Shown here: positions 40,058-53,121 of the stretch, in pieces
How positions within the stretch are numbered: the first letter of the stretch is position 1
Layout of the letters: each line of letters starts with the position of its first letter
Origin: Eledone cirrhosa
Lineage: Eukaryota
Assembly (NCBI GenBank): GCA_964016885.1
Contig: OZ024746.1
Coordinates: 44,144,001 to 44,208,000 of the forward strand
Direction of reading: 5' to 3'
DNA length: 64,000 bases
Translations under genes and position numbers: made by a program
Notes under the pieces: generated by a model
What the model was told of the DNA's origin: nothing
The model's database searches: none
The model's input: only the letters and a program-made list of their open reading frames with translations

Positions 40058-41755
40058 GAAATATATGGGCATTTCTCTGTTTGTATGTCTGTCTGTCCTT
40101 CCCTAAAACTCAAATGTAGGTGCTACGGAAATATTACCTTCCCCTTTCTTTCTCCACTTTGGTACTACCAAGAGAAACACTGTCGCTATAGAAACATTAC
40201 CTTCCCCTCTCCACTGACTTTGGTCACTGAGGCCGAGGGAATCGCTGGTTGCTATAGAGACACCTTGCACAAGCCAGAAGTAACCAGTTCGAGGCGGTTC
40301 TGACTTGACACCATGCCAAGTCTACTTATAATATATAATGGGCATTTCTCTGTTTGTTTGTCTGTCTGTCCGTCTGTAAAAAATGCCAAGGAAACAAATA
40401 GACGCGGTTTCAAATCTCTATGCTTTTCAAATTCATTACATTAATCTTTATTTATACGTTTCGCTTTACGAGTGTTTCGACTTACGAGTGTTTCGACTTA
40501 CGAGTGTTTCGGCTTACAAGTGTTTCGGCTTATCATTATATATAAACGTTTCTATTTCCATCGTTTTATCGTAAACGTTTATATATTTCCATCGTTATAT
40601 CATAACGTTTATGTATCATAACGTTTATATTTCCGTCACTAATCTCTTTTTCTCCTTTTTCGTTTTAACATATATTTATTTCAAAGATTTCACCGTATAG
40701 ATAACATATATATTTATACATGCATAAAAGATACACCGAGAGACGGTGAACATGTGGTGCCGAAAACATTTCTCATCCAAATCTCAACAATATCAGTATA
40801 TACACTAGATTTGCTAGCAGAAAACCGCCCACCGGGTGGTTTTCTGCTAGTCTATATATATAAAACTGAGGATGTCTGTCTGTGTGTGTGTGTGAGTTTG
40901 AATTCCTAAAACTTGAGAACCACCCAAACGACTCTTTTCAAACTTTACACATATAATACTTATGTTTCAGGGGGTGTTCTGAGCAAAAGAAATTTCAAAT
41001 TTTCAATGCCCTAGGGACCGCATTAGACGATTTAGCGATCTCTCTCTATAATTCTTAATCTTTCTCTTTTTAGATAGATACATACATATAACGTCGTGCT
41101 CTTATAATATCTGTCTGTATGTCTGGCTGTCTGCATTACGTCACTTCCCTGAGGATATCTGTGTGTGTGTCTGTGAGTTTGAATCCCTAAAACTCGAGAA
41201 GTACCCAACCGACTTTGTTCAAAGTTTACATGTGTATTACTTATGTTTCAGGGAGTGTTATGCACATAAAATTCAACCTTTTGATCCCCTAGGGCCCGCA
41301 TTAGTTGAAAAACTGCGTTTTTTCAAGTTTTTAAGGGATTTTTGAGTCGTTACGTCAGACTGATTTCCTTGAAATTGTAACTATGTAATCAGTCTCTTCT
41401 TCATACCGCGAGCAAAGAAAATCCAACTTTTTTATGGCATTAGGTGAAAAATATCATTTTTTCAGCTTTTTAGGGCTTTTTTGAGGCGTTACGTCTAGCC
41501 GATTTTCCAGAAATTTCAAGGCATATTATGCACATAAAAAAATTCATTTTCTTGATCCCCTAGGGCCCGCATTAGGTGAAAACCTGCATTTTTACTGCTT
41601 CACCGATGAAAATTTTAAAGATTATCCAGCCATCAGAGTATTCGGTTTATTTTCTTTACATATTGTCCACGCATGCAATTTTTCCACGATTAAGTCTATT
41701 GGCAGCCCACGTTCCAAAATACCTTATCCCGTGCAACGCCGGCTACCACTGCTAG
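39281..41755 (+). mobile_element. head-to-tail array of three non-autonomous Helitrons
   Basis: TC starts at 39281, 40321 and 40851, each followed by ATATATAA...(TCTG)n. Hairpin+CTAG ends at 40850 and 41755. Outer flanks are A and T. Confidence 0.75.
39569..39760 (+). mobile_element. tRNA-derived SINE
   Basis: Full-length family member nested in a Helitron. Confidence 0.9.
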
Positions 41756-42447
41756 TAGTTAATATAGAGAGTAATGTGAATGCTAAAGTGTTAAGTATGT
41801 GTTCTTCATCCCATTCGCCCTGTGTCAAGAGGGCTAATCAAAAGTAGTTGTCATTGTGAACAAATATTTTCCCATGTGCAAATCAACTTCTTATAATAAT
41901 ACGTATCTGAGATGTGTTTTGCAACTTCATGTTTTACTAGCATCAGCAGTTGTGAGTGACCTCCTAGTATCCACACAACACCATTAAATTGTCAAATTGG
42001 CTTTCAGCACTCAAAATAATCTCTTTATTGTATCATTAACAGAAAAACTGCAGAAAATAAGACAGTTTACTTAGTGAAGGAAATGCATCACAAACCACTA
42101 AAACACCTCTCAACAATGAAAACGTAAGACTCAAACTTTTGTCAGAACAGTTCAAATTCATCATGTTTTCTTTCTGACCTAATTCTTCAAGTTTGATACT
42201 TATTTTATAGATTTATTTTAGGCGAACCACTAAGATATGGAATACACAAACACAAGTCTGACGAGCAGATCGATACTGGAGTCGGGTTCATAACTTCTAT
42301 GGGTGACATTGGGCGAATCCTCTGCATAACGGCCAATACACAATAAAAACAAATACATGTAAACGAAACTTCGTTTGTTTGTTTGTTATATATAAGTAAG
42401 CTTCGTTAGTGAGGTTGGTAGCTACTGTTATCCTAAGTCCTAACTTA

Positions 42448-42519
<72 letters not shown>

Positions 42520-42521
<2 letters not shown>

Positions 42522-43560
42522 TAAGTTAGGACTTAGGATAACAGTCGCTCCCAACCTCACTAACGAAGATTACTTAGACATAAATTTAGATCTTCACACA
42601 CACCTTTATACCCTTCCATAAACTAAATGAAAAACTTTACATACACAAGGACTCATGCCACCCTCCTACAGTTTTAAAAAACTTCGTGAATAATATCGGT
42701 ACTAGAATCTCTAATCTCTCCTCTAATAATGCCATCTTTGACCGAGCGGCACCCTACTACAACATGGCGTTAGCTAACAGCGGCTTCTCGCAACCAATTA
42801 CTTACTCCCCTGATAACACTAACGGCAATAGAAAAAGAAATCGTGCTAATAGAAAAACAATTTAGTTCTCCCCCCCCCCCACACACGCCCCTTCTCACTC
42901 AACGTTAAAACTAATGTAGGAAAATTTATTTTAGCTCTCTTAGATAGACACTTCCCCATAGGTCACAAATACCGCCCCATCTTTAAGAGACACAGGGTGA
43001 AACTAGGATACTACTGTGCTAAGAATATGAAGGCCCACATCACCAACAGCCCTAAGAGCAGCCCCCAACCAGGTTGCTCTTGCCGAAAGCCTGAAGTTTG
43101 TCCCCTTCAACAACAATGCAACACACACTGTAATTTAAGAAGCTGTAGTCATTTCCAACCGACCTAATCAACAACAAGAAGTTAAATCCTATGTAGGTAT
43201 GGCGGAAGGAACGCTTCCTGAACCATCAGTCGACCTTTAGATACCCGGACAAACGATCGTTCACGAAACTCGCGAGCCACGTATGGTCCCTCAAAGACTC
43301 AGGCGTAAATTACTCCATCCAATGGAAAGCTATCATTAAGTCTAAGCCATACGCAACGGGGAATCCGTCTTGCGGGCTGTGCATTGAAGAAAGGATCAAT
43401 ATCCTGAGAGGATTACGTAATAGCGATTGCCTAAATTCAAGAAATGAACTTTTCTCACGTTGTCCACACGTCTGGAATCACCTATTACATAATTACAAAG
43501 CTCCAGATTCACTCGATACGTAGTTTCTACAAATTCTACCCACTAAATTCCATTCACAAG
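42520..43560 (+). mobile_element. Penelope-like (Naiad-type) element: RT thumb, linker and GIY-YIG pseudogene
   Basis: LGLRITV...YLDINLDL, HKDSCHPP...RISNLSSN, LNVKTNVGK, CSCRKPEVCPL, YVGM, CGLCIEE and LNSRNELFSRCPH. Stops and frameshifts present. Confidence 0.88.
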
Positions 43561-43588
43561 CATTGATCAACTCAAAGCTATCTATCTA

Positions 43589-43831
43589 TCTATATACTAC
43601 TAAAACTCTGTGATTGCTTGCTTGTCTGTATGTAATACAGTCAAAAGGGCGCCTAATGGGAAAATACTTTGAAAGGAAGTTGATCCAGAAATGGGGGTAT
43701 AAATGGAATAAAACTATTTCGCGTAAATCGAAGCAGGAGTTCCCGAGATATGGGTTTTTTCCGGGTACCTTCATAAACAGAGATAGAGAGAAAGAGATAG
43801 TAGTTGTGAGAAAGTAGATTGAAAGAGAGAC

Positions 43832-43866
<35 letters not shown>

Positions 43867-44985
43867 AGAGACACAGAAGGAGAATGGAAGATAGAAACAG
43901 AGAGCTGGTGGTGTTGTGTATATATATATGTGAGTGTGCGTGTATCTATGACCAGTGTATATAGATCACAGACACCCATATATATATATACACACACACA
44001 TACATAGATATACAGACACGTGTGTGTGTGTGTGTAAATATACACACATTAATATATTTACATACACACAAGTATATATATGGGCCTTCCAGTTTCATTT
44101 CACATTATATATACGACTGTCTATATTTTGATTATTTAAAAATTATTTTTTATGAAGGTACCCGGAAAACCCAATATCTCGGGAACACGTGCTCCGATTT
44201 ACACGAAACTTGTTTTATTTCATTTGTATTCCCATTTCAGGGTCAACTTCCTTTCAAAGTATTTTCCCATTATGCGCCCTTTTAGCTGTATTACATTACA
44301 GACAATCCAGCAAGCCAGCACAGGGTTTTAGTAATACACTAGACCACCCGTGACCCGTTGGGTCACGTTCATTTAAAAATATTTTTAAAGATAGAGAGAA
44401 AGAAATAGTGGTTGTGAAGGAGAATGGAAAAGATAAAGAGCTGGTGGTATTGTTGTGTATATATATGAGTGTGTATTCGATTTGTGCTATCTATGCAATT
44501 TTTTTGCATGATATACACATACTGAATTCATTTGCCAGAATCTGGGGGTTTTCCCCTTGTGAATTACCACATATGATTTTACAAAGTTCTACGTCATTCA
44601 CAAAGTTGGTGCAGAGCAAAATACCTGTTGATAACGTGATATTCCTTGTTCGATAATTATGCTAAAAGCTTATAGTTTTAAGCAGACAGTATTATTGATT
44701 TAGGTGTCATAGAAACCCTGCATTTGGATTTTACCATCAATTCCATTTGGGTCCAGGTCTGCTTTCATCATTTATTTTGTTTGACCTGTTTAGCTTGATT
44801 TGTTTTTTTTTTGGCTTAGGTGGTTAATGCCTTCTTGACCACTTTTTCAGTTTGTATGGCGTTTTAACATATTGTTTAGCTCTAGTTTTTTAAACTATTG
44901 GATCGCTTGCCAGCATATCTACGATTTTGCGTTTCGTTTCGTTTCGCTTTTTCTACCTGCCGAAATACGATTCTCGCTGAATTTA

Positions 44986-45062
<77 letters not shown>

Positions 45063-45226
45063 CTATGACCAGTGTATATAGATCACAGACACCCACATAT
45101 ATACACACACACATACATACATATATTTCCCATTATATACATGTCTATGTATATTTTAAATATTTTTAAGTGAACATAAAAAATATTTTGAAGTAAACGT
45201 GACCCAACGGGTCATGGGTGGTTTAG
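43589..45226 (+). mobile_element. tandem Helitron dimer with inversion across the junction
   Basis: The 5' part (43589-43777) recurs inverted at 44149-44337. The 3' hairpin CGTGACCCAACGGGTCA occurs inverted at ~44339-44370 and direct at ~45198-45226. Confidence 0.7.
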
Positions 45227-45399
45227 TACTAAATAAAATTGTCATAGTGGGAATTAAGCCCCAAATCAAGTGATTATGAAGACAACTCCTTAATCATATG
45301 GCCATGCCAGCGACTAGATTCATTTGTTTATTTTATTAGGTTGTTTACTTAGTAAATCATTAATTATATATTCTGCGACACGTTCTCCACCTCCAACGT

Positions 45400-45700
45400 A
45401 GTTGCTTTGGCCACAAATACCGATACCTCGGCCCGCAATGCAGAGGACAACTGGGGCTTGTTGGGCCGATTCCAGTTAGCACCGGTTGCCGTTGAGATCT
45501 CAGGCGCCCTCGGTCCCCGTACACCTGAGCTCCCCCGTAAAATCGGAACATCAGCTGTCCATCTGAGGAAGGAGCCCCAACGAGGTGGAGTGGTGGTTGC
45601 AGCGAATGTCGCTGGTCATCGTCCGTAGAAATGCCATTGCAGTTTAGTCCGCGGGGCGCAGCCGAAACATCATGGCATTTACAGTCCTTTTATTTACTTT
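45400..45700 (+). mobile_element. CRE-like retrotransposon 3' fragment
   Basis: PVAVEISGALGP...KIG...WWLQRMSLVIVRRNAIAV, homologous to the 10190-10430 peptide. Confidence 0.7.
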
Positions 45701-46009
45701 CCTATACAGCCGGATCTGCTCTTCTTTACCCTATTCCCCTTTTTGTCATTACTTAATTTTATTTTTATCCTTTATTAATATATTCCATCATTGTATAACT
45801 TTTGTTTGTGAAATATAATTAACATAAAAATCTTTGTTTAAATTATATAAAGTGTGTTTATAGATCCTTGATAGATATTCTCAAAATTACTGAACATTCT
45901 TTTCATATTTGTTCGCTTTCAAATTCTGTGTCTGTTTAAATTTTGGATTAAAAGTTCAAACAGAAAGTCTTGTGAAACGTTTTTGTGCTGTTGGTTATTT
46001 CCATACACA

Positions 46010-46325
46010 ACCAAAATCACGAACTCAGATACAAACGAAAAATTCACTATGAAATTACTAAAAGGTTTAGTGAACAGGCGTGCTTCCTGTAAGTGGTTCA
46101 TTACTTCTTTTCCCAATTCATTGAAGTTTATTGATCCAGTTACGCAAGAAACTACAAATCATGTAGAATAGCTGTGGAACTGTGCAAAATAAATGAATAA
46201 ATAAAACGCTTTTATTCACCACACACATTTAGAGTCTTATTTAATCGAGTTTGTGTGGCGTTATGCCTTTCTTAATGATGGGTTTGAATAATTATTTAAG
46301 GACATTAGATCTGTTTATCTTTTTT
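46010..46325 (+). mobile_element. Merlin (IS1595/ISXO2-like) transposase remnant
   Basis: SLKFIDPVTQETTNHVE*LWNCAK...LESYLIEFVWR, the typical C-terminal motif. Confidence 0.7.
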
Positions 46326-48869
46326 ATTAAAAAAATTAATTAAATTTTCACTTTTCACCCAGTAAAACACTAATTTTTTGCTAAAGAAAATCTTTTCACT
46401 TTTGGCAACATAAACATTTTTTTTTTCTTTTTTTTTTTATGAGACCTTCGAAACGGAAAAGCGCCAATATTTGTATTTTGAAAGTGATAGTGTTTATAGA
46501 CATGCAGGATTGGTGTTCCGTTATGCTCCAGTAGCAGTACATTTCTCATAATAGAGAAACTGTATAGTTACCTCTCCGTTGTATGTTACCAAAATCAATT
46601 TATACTTAAAAGTATAAAAGAAACATTAAAATAATATTATTATCCATAAATGTTAATAAATATCTATTATGGTAATACTAGAGACTGACATTTTTTTATA
46701 CTACCACAAACTTTCAGAAGTTAAATTGAATGTTTACGACTGTAAGATGTATGTGTATAACATCTATTTATCTTCTATTTATTTCTAGTATACAATAACC
46801 AGAAGTGAATTCAATTAGAAGTTTTCATTTGCAAGTGTTTCTAATTTAACTTTTTTTAAAAATTTCTTTAATACATACTCTCACGTATAAGCAAATGTAC
46901 TCTCGTTAGTTTAGTACATAGTTCATCAAGGTTGAACTGCAAAAATATATATTGTTGTGGTAATCCTAATTACTTTAGTTCAAATATACCTATTCTTTGG
47001 AGCAATACAGTCAGGTGACGACCGTGAGAGTGCTTGGTTGTTTCAGCATTTTAGCCTCACAATCACTTGCAGGGCTTGCTTCAGAGGGTAGCCATCTCTG
47101 CACTGATAATAGTGAAGAGGGATGTGGTGCAGAGACAAAAAATTGTTGGAATTCTCTACTACTACAGGCTCGACCACAAACCCATCGGAGAGCCACTGAT
47201 ATTTCGATAGTTTACCCTCATCATCCTGGCGAACACGGAAGCCTGAGTTAATCACCAAATGCTCCGTTTTGCCATTGAAATAGGTGTCACAGCATGTAGC
47301 ATCCCTGTTGACCTCCGAATAGGAAGAATGTTATATTATCTGGCCTTTTACCATACCCTTAGTCCAGCCCGCTGACTCGATGTGGGAAGTGAAGCCTGTG
47401 ACGTCAAAGCTATGCTGTATGATCTTGTTTACAGCAGCATGGCATAGGAGGCTTTGATCCTATATAGATTTTTTACAAATCATTTTTATACAGTCTATCA
47501 CTTCATTAACTAAATGTTATAATATGGTAGCTTACATTCATTTATTGATATTTTTATAAACATGAATTACTAAAAGAGAAAGTGAAGTACAGTGTTCTCA
47601 CCTGAAAACATTTTATGTGGTTCCATGATTGTCAACATCATACTTTCTATGCATGATTTATGTAACCATAACGATATTCTAAATCTTACCTCTATTTGTT
47701 TATTATATTATTTATTTATTTTCATCAATTTTCTTTTCTTTTTTAATTATTTCATATAATTTTGCCATTCTTTTTCTGTTATTGAATGATTTTGTCCAGT
47801 GAGATTCTTAATGACTTTCTGAATCTTTTGAAAATTTTTAGTCACTCAATAGAGTGATTAAAAACATTAAAATGTAATAGCCACTGTCCATATAAAGTGG
47901 CTGTGCTCTCCAGTTATCAGAAACCTGAAGATAGTGGTTGTTATTTGTGAAATTTCAGTTTCAAATAAACACACGCACAAGTCAGCTTTCTCCCCAATCG
48001 TCCAACTCCTTCCAGCATGGAATGACAGCCACCAACCCACACACACATTATCTCCCCTCTTACACTGACCTAACCCATTCAAATATATAAAGGCAAATGC
48101 TCCTATCATTCCATCCAGCCCATTCCTATATGGAAAGTTGGATATGATACCTTGTAACAATATAATACTTGGTTGGTGTTTAGGAGGACATTTGACTGTG
48201 GAGGTCATGTTAAAACAAGAACAGAATGTAGGAACCAGACATGGTCTCCTGTCCAGCCTAGACTCATAGCGTGACTGCCCATCTGGCCCAGGTGGACATC
48301 GACAATAGATATTTAACAATGATGATGATGTACTTTGATCCCTTTACTTTTCAATCCATGCATGGAAAGCCAAACATACTCTACACTTGTTCTCCCACAG
48401 TGCTGATGCCACAACAGAAAGCACAACCCTGTAGTTTGGTAGTGCTGTTACCACAACAAAAGAAAATCACTCAATCCATCCTGTAAGGTTGATGTGTTTG
48501 CACTACAGAAAAAGCATCCAGTTCAGACTGTAAGATAATTATACTGGTGCCATGACAAAAAGCACAAATCCATGCTTAAAATAAGTTGGTCATGGTGGTA
48601 TCACAACTGAAAGTACCCTGTCTACCCTGTATATTGTAGAGAGGGTACCAGAAAAAAGTCCAAGTACATGCTGAAATGTGGTTGGCATTAGGAAAGGTAT
48701 TTAGCTAAACAAAACCAAGCCAAAAACAGCTAGTATGAGCCAGATGTGGCAAAACTGACTTGGTTAGCCTCATAATGTGACAACTCATCTAATTTATGCA
48801 AGCATGGAAAATATACATTAAATAATAAAGGTGACAATATATATATATGTATGTATGCATGTATATCAT

Positions 48870-49198
48870 CATCATTGTTTCTACGTCCTTTTTTCCACAC
48901 TTGCATGAGTTAAACAGGTTCTTTTCAGCACAGAATCTCTCTATTTGCTGCGTTCCTTCATCATCTCTTCTGTGAGTCTCGGCCATTTGAGATTAGCTCT
49001 TACCACATCTGCCCAGGTATTCTTTGGTCCAGCTCTACTGTGTCTTCCTACCACTGGGATTTCCCAGCACACATCCGAGTGATCATCATCCATGCACATC
49101 ACATTTCCATACCAACGCAGTCTTCTCTCTTGCACACCACTTTGTATTCCTATTAAACCCAGTTTCTTCCTCATTTCATCCAAGCTCTGCCTTTCTCT

Positions 49199-49200
<2 letters not shown>
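48870..49200 (-). mobile_element. RTE LINE 3' fragment
   Basis: VQERRLRWYGNVMCM...GPKNTWADVV with a (GAT)n tail. Confidence 0.8.
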
Positions 49201-49250
<50 letters not shown>

Positions 49251-49599
49251 TCATCATCATCATCAACGTTTAACGTCCATACTCCACGCTCGCATGGGTT
49301 TGGACGGGAGTTTTCCCACTTGAGGCAAGAGTGGTTGTCTTGCTCGCATAGGACTGTCTGGCGGGTTTTCTACGGCGAGATGCCCTTCCTAACACCAACC
49401 ACATTTACAGTGTGGAACTGGGAGGTTTTTACCGTGTTACTTACACGGCCACATTACAGCGTGGACTGTGTGTTTTTTTTGTCGTGACACCTACACGACC
49501 TCATTTGTTTCCAACATAACTTTACGTTGAAAGGCGTGGTGTGGATGGGGTGGGGGTAGTGGGACGGGGGGGGGGGGGGGGGGGGGTGTATTTTGTTAG

Positions 49600-50926
49600 A
49601 GGTGCCTACTGACTGTAGTAGGTTTCACTTTGCACTTAGGTAAGGCAGGTCTTCTCTATTACTGAGTAGCACCAAAGATCTCGGTCCAGTGACATTGTCT
49701 TGGAGAGGTGTAAGTGTGTGAGGTCGGAATTTATCAAGTCGTCCCAGGTTTTTCTGGGTCTGCCTACTCCGTGGCTACCGTCTATTTTTATTGCCCTGCA
49801 CTTTTTTATACAGCTGTCGTCTTTCATGCGCATCACGTCACCATACCAATGAAGTCTTCTCTCGAGTAAACAACATCTGATCCCTCTTATTTCTAATTTC
49901 TCCCTTAGTTCGTTTATGCTTTGCCATTCACGTATATTACTATTACACATCCAGCGGAGCATGCAAGCTTCGTTTCTCTCCAGTCTGTGTATATCCTCTG
50001 CACACAATGCCCAGGTCTCACTGTCATGTAACATTGCTGTTCGTATGCAGGCATCATACAGCCTGCCTTTCATTTTAGGCGAGAACCCTTTAGCGGCCAA
50101 TAGTGGTATAAGCTCTCTGAACGTTTTCCATCCCGTTCTGAATCTAGCTACTGTACTTTCAGAGCACCCCCCCCCCCCCACTGCTGATTTTATCACCCAG
50201 GTTAACGGAAGCTGTCCACTATTTCTATAGAACCATCTGTGCAATGGAATGAGTTAGTATTCTGTGGGCACTTGCTGCTAATTATTACACCAGAGCACCG
50301 GCCACATGTAAAATCTATATTCTTAGTTAGCTTACCTGTGATCCCACTACATCTTTTCTGTACCCATACTTTGCATTTGGGACATAAAATGGAGTTTCTA
50401 CCTACTCCTTTCCTACACACTGAGCATGGCCATTTCCCAGATGGGACCGGTGCCCTATTTTCCTTCCTACAAACTAGAACTTTAGTCTTAGACAAGTTAA
50501 CTTTAAGGCCTTTTGATTCTAGGCCATGCTTCCGTGTTTGGAATTTCTTCTCTAGTTCAGCCATTGATTCAGCTATGAGCGTTAGATCATCTGCATATTG
50601 GAGTTCCCATGGGCAGCCGGTCTTGAACTCCTCTGTTATAGCCTGAAGGGTAATAATAAATAGTAGGGGGCTAAGGACGGAGCCCTGATGAACACCAACT
50701 CTTATGCTAAACTCTTCACTATATTCGTTGTTAATTCTAACCTTGCTGACTGTTTCTTTATACAAGGCTTGTATAGCTCTCACAAGCCATTCATCAACAC
50801 CTAGTTTTCTAAGGGCCTACCAGATAATCGAGCGGGGTACTCTGTCAAAAGCTTTCTCCAAGTCAACAAAAGATAAGTATAGGGGTTTACTTTTAGCTAG
50901 GTACTTCTCCTGTAGTTGTCGTACAA

Positions 50927-50927
<1 letters not shown>
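49600..50927 (-). mobile_element. RTE LINE RT domain and C-terminus (pseudogene)
   Basis: FVDLEKAFDRVP, GVHQGSVLSPLLF, YADDL, a Cys-rich insert and GRPRKTW. The 5' side is broken at the (TA)n that flanks the PLE palindrome. Confidence 0.92.
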
Positions 50928-50980
<53 letters not shown>

Positions 50981-51073
50981 GAAGTAATTCCGTCGGAAAA
51001 GTTCAGGAAAAAGGAGTGCTATATGTAGGTAACAGAGCTTAATAGTTATGTAATAAACAACATAAAACAATTA

Positions 51074-51134
51074 TTTCATTTACCAGCGGTTTCTTAAAAG
51101 CAAAAAAATGTTGCTTTCAATCATCAGAATGAAA
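51074..51134 (-). ncRNA. type I hammerhead ribozyme, intact core
   Basis: UUUCAUU-CUGAUGA-UUGAAAGCAA..UUGCUUUUAA-GAAA-CCGCUGG-UA-AAUGAAA. All three stems pair, with a GUA cleavage triplet. Confidence 0.9.
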
Positions 51135-51953
51135 AAATCCTGGTGTATTTATAGGTATTGGATTTTAAAAACAAAAATATAATCTATATGAAAATGAGGC
51201 TGGAAAAGGAAGAAGGAAAGGAAAAATAAACACACATGCAAACACACACACACACAATTATATACATACACATATATATATATACATACACACACACACG
51301 CATATACACACACACACATATATGTGTATATATATACATACACATACATATACACATACATACACACATAATTATCAACATATCCATACATACAAATACA
51401 TACAAATACACAAACGTGCATACACACACACACACACATATACATGCATATATACATATATATACATAAACATATATATACATACATACACACACATACA
51501 TATATATACACATATATATATATATACATACACATACATATACACACATACATACATACACACAATCATACATATATACACACGTACATACATACACATA
51601 CATACACACATATATACCCGTATACATATGCATGCACAAATATAGAAATATGTACACACACCTACATACTCACACACACAAATAAATATAAGAAAAAATA
51701 TAATAATAAAAATACCGTCACATAAGAATAAAAATGAATATAAAGTTTATTAAAGTGTTGACAGCGATACAGGCAACACATAAATAAACAAACACACGTG
51801 GTAAGCAATACACACAATTGTACGTACACATACATACGTAAAAATAAATACATACAGACACTCTCACACATACACATACATATACAAATACATATACATA
51901 CGCATACACATATACATACACACATATATATACACACATATATATACACACAC

Positions 51954-52000
<47 letters not shown>

Positions 52001-52244
52001 CATACACATCCATATATACATATACATACATATCACAAACACATACATACAAATACAAACACACACATATGTATGTGTGTAAAACTCATTCTAAGATACA
52101 TTCATATGAACCTTGTTTAACTCTAAAATATATATATATATATATATATATACATACACATATATACATATACATATATATACCTACACACACATATACA
52201 TACACATACGTATGCAAACATACATACACACAGACACACACATA

Positions 52245-52286
<42 letters not shown>

Positions 52287-52337
52287 AAGAAACATAAATA
52301 TTATATATATAAAAAAACCTAAATATTGTATATATAA

Positions 52338-52423
52338 AAATAAAAATAAAAATAAAAATAAAAATAAAAATAAAAATAAAAATAAAAATAAAAATAAAAA
52401 TAAAAATAAAAATAAAAATAAAA
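52338..52423. repeat. (AAAAAT)n microsatellite
   Basis: About 14 perfect units. Much shorter in the opposite arm (~59320-59347). Confidence 0.9.
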
Positions 52424-52966
52424 AGTCGGGAATACGACAAATAATAAATAAAAAAATAATTAGAGAAGCGTATAAATGTTTATAGCTGATATGGAGCACT
52501 CAACAAGTTCCTGGAGCAAATGATCAATGAATTTAAGCATTAAATCACTGTATGTAATTATGCATATACATACACACATACATATACATATATATACATA
52601 CACACACACACACACACACAAACACAACCACAGAAATACACACATACATATACGTATATATATATATATATATACACACACATAGGAAAAAGTCTGACCC
52701 CACGGCAGAGCTCAAGCCGTTTCTGAGGCTATTATATATATACACACGAAACCATTATATAAAAATACATATACACGCACAAACATACACACACCCACAC
52801 ACTCACACATTAAATCTATATATACACACATACATACACACATATATATACATATATATATATATACACACACATATATATCTATATACACACATATACA
52901 TATATATATATATACACACACATATATATATATATATACACATTATATATATATATATATACACAC

Positions 52967-53020
<54 letters not shown>

Positions 53021-53121
53021 AAGTTTTATTTAAATTGTTGGGTTAACAACGAGTAAATATTTATAACTGATATAAAAGCACTCAACAAGTATTTGCTAGA
53101 GCAGGATATAATGATAAAATT

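Noticed and set aside
42250-42385. CTGACGA-GCAGA...TCTGC possible hammerhead
   Set aside because: There is no GAAA next to stem II and no clear stem I partner.
44500-44620. Possible C2H2 zinc-finger relic (HM.VIHKGENP) on the minus strand
   Set aside because: It is a single frameshifted partial motif with no intact Cys pair.
51149-52921. Many overlapping ORFs rich in Y/I/C/V/H/T (also at 33-35 kb and 59-60.5 kb)
   Set aside because: These are translations of (TA)n, (CA)n and (TATG)n microsatellites, which lack stop codons.
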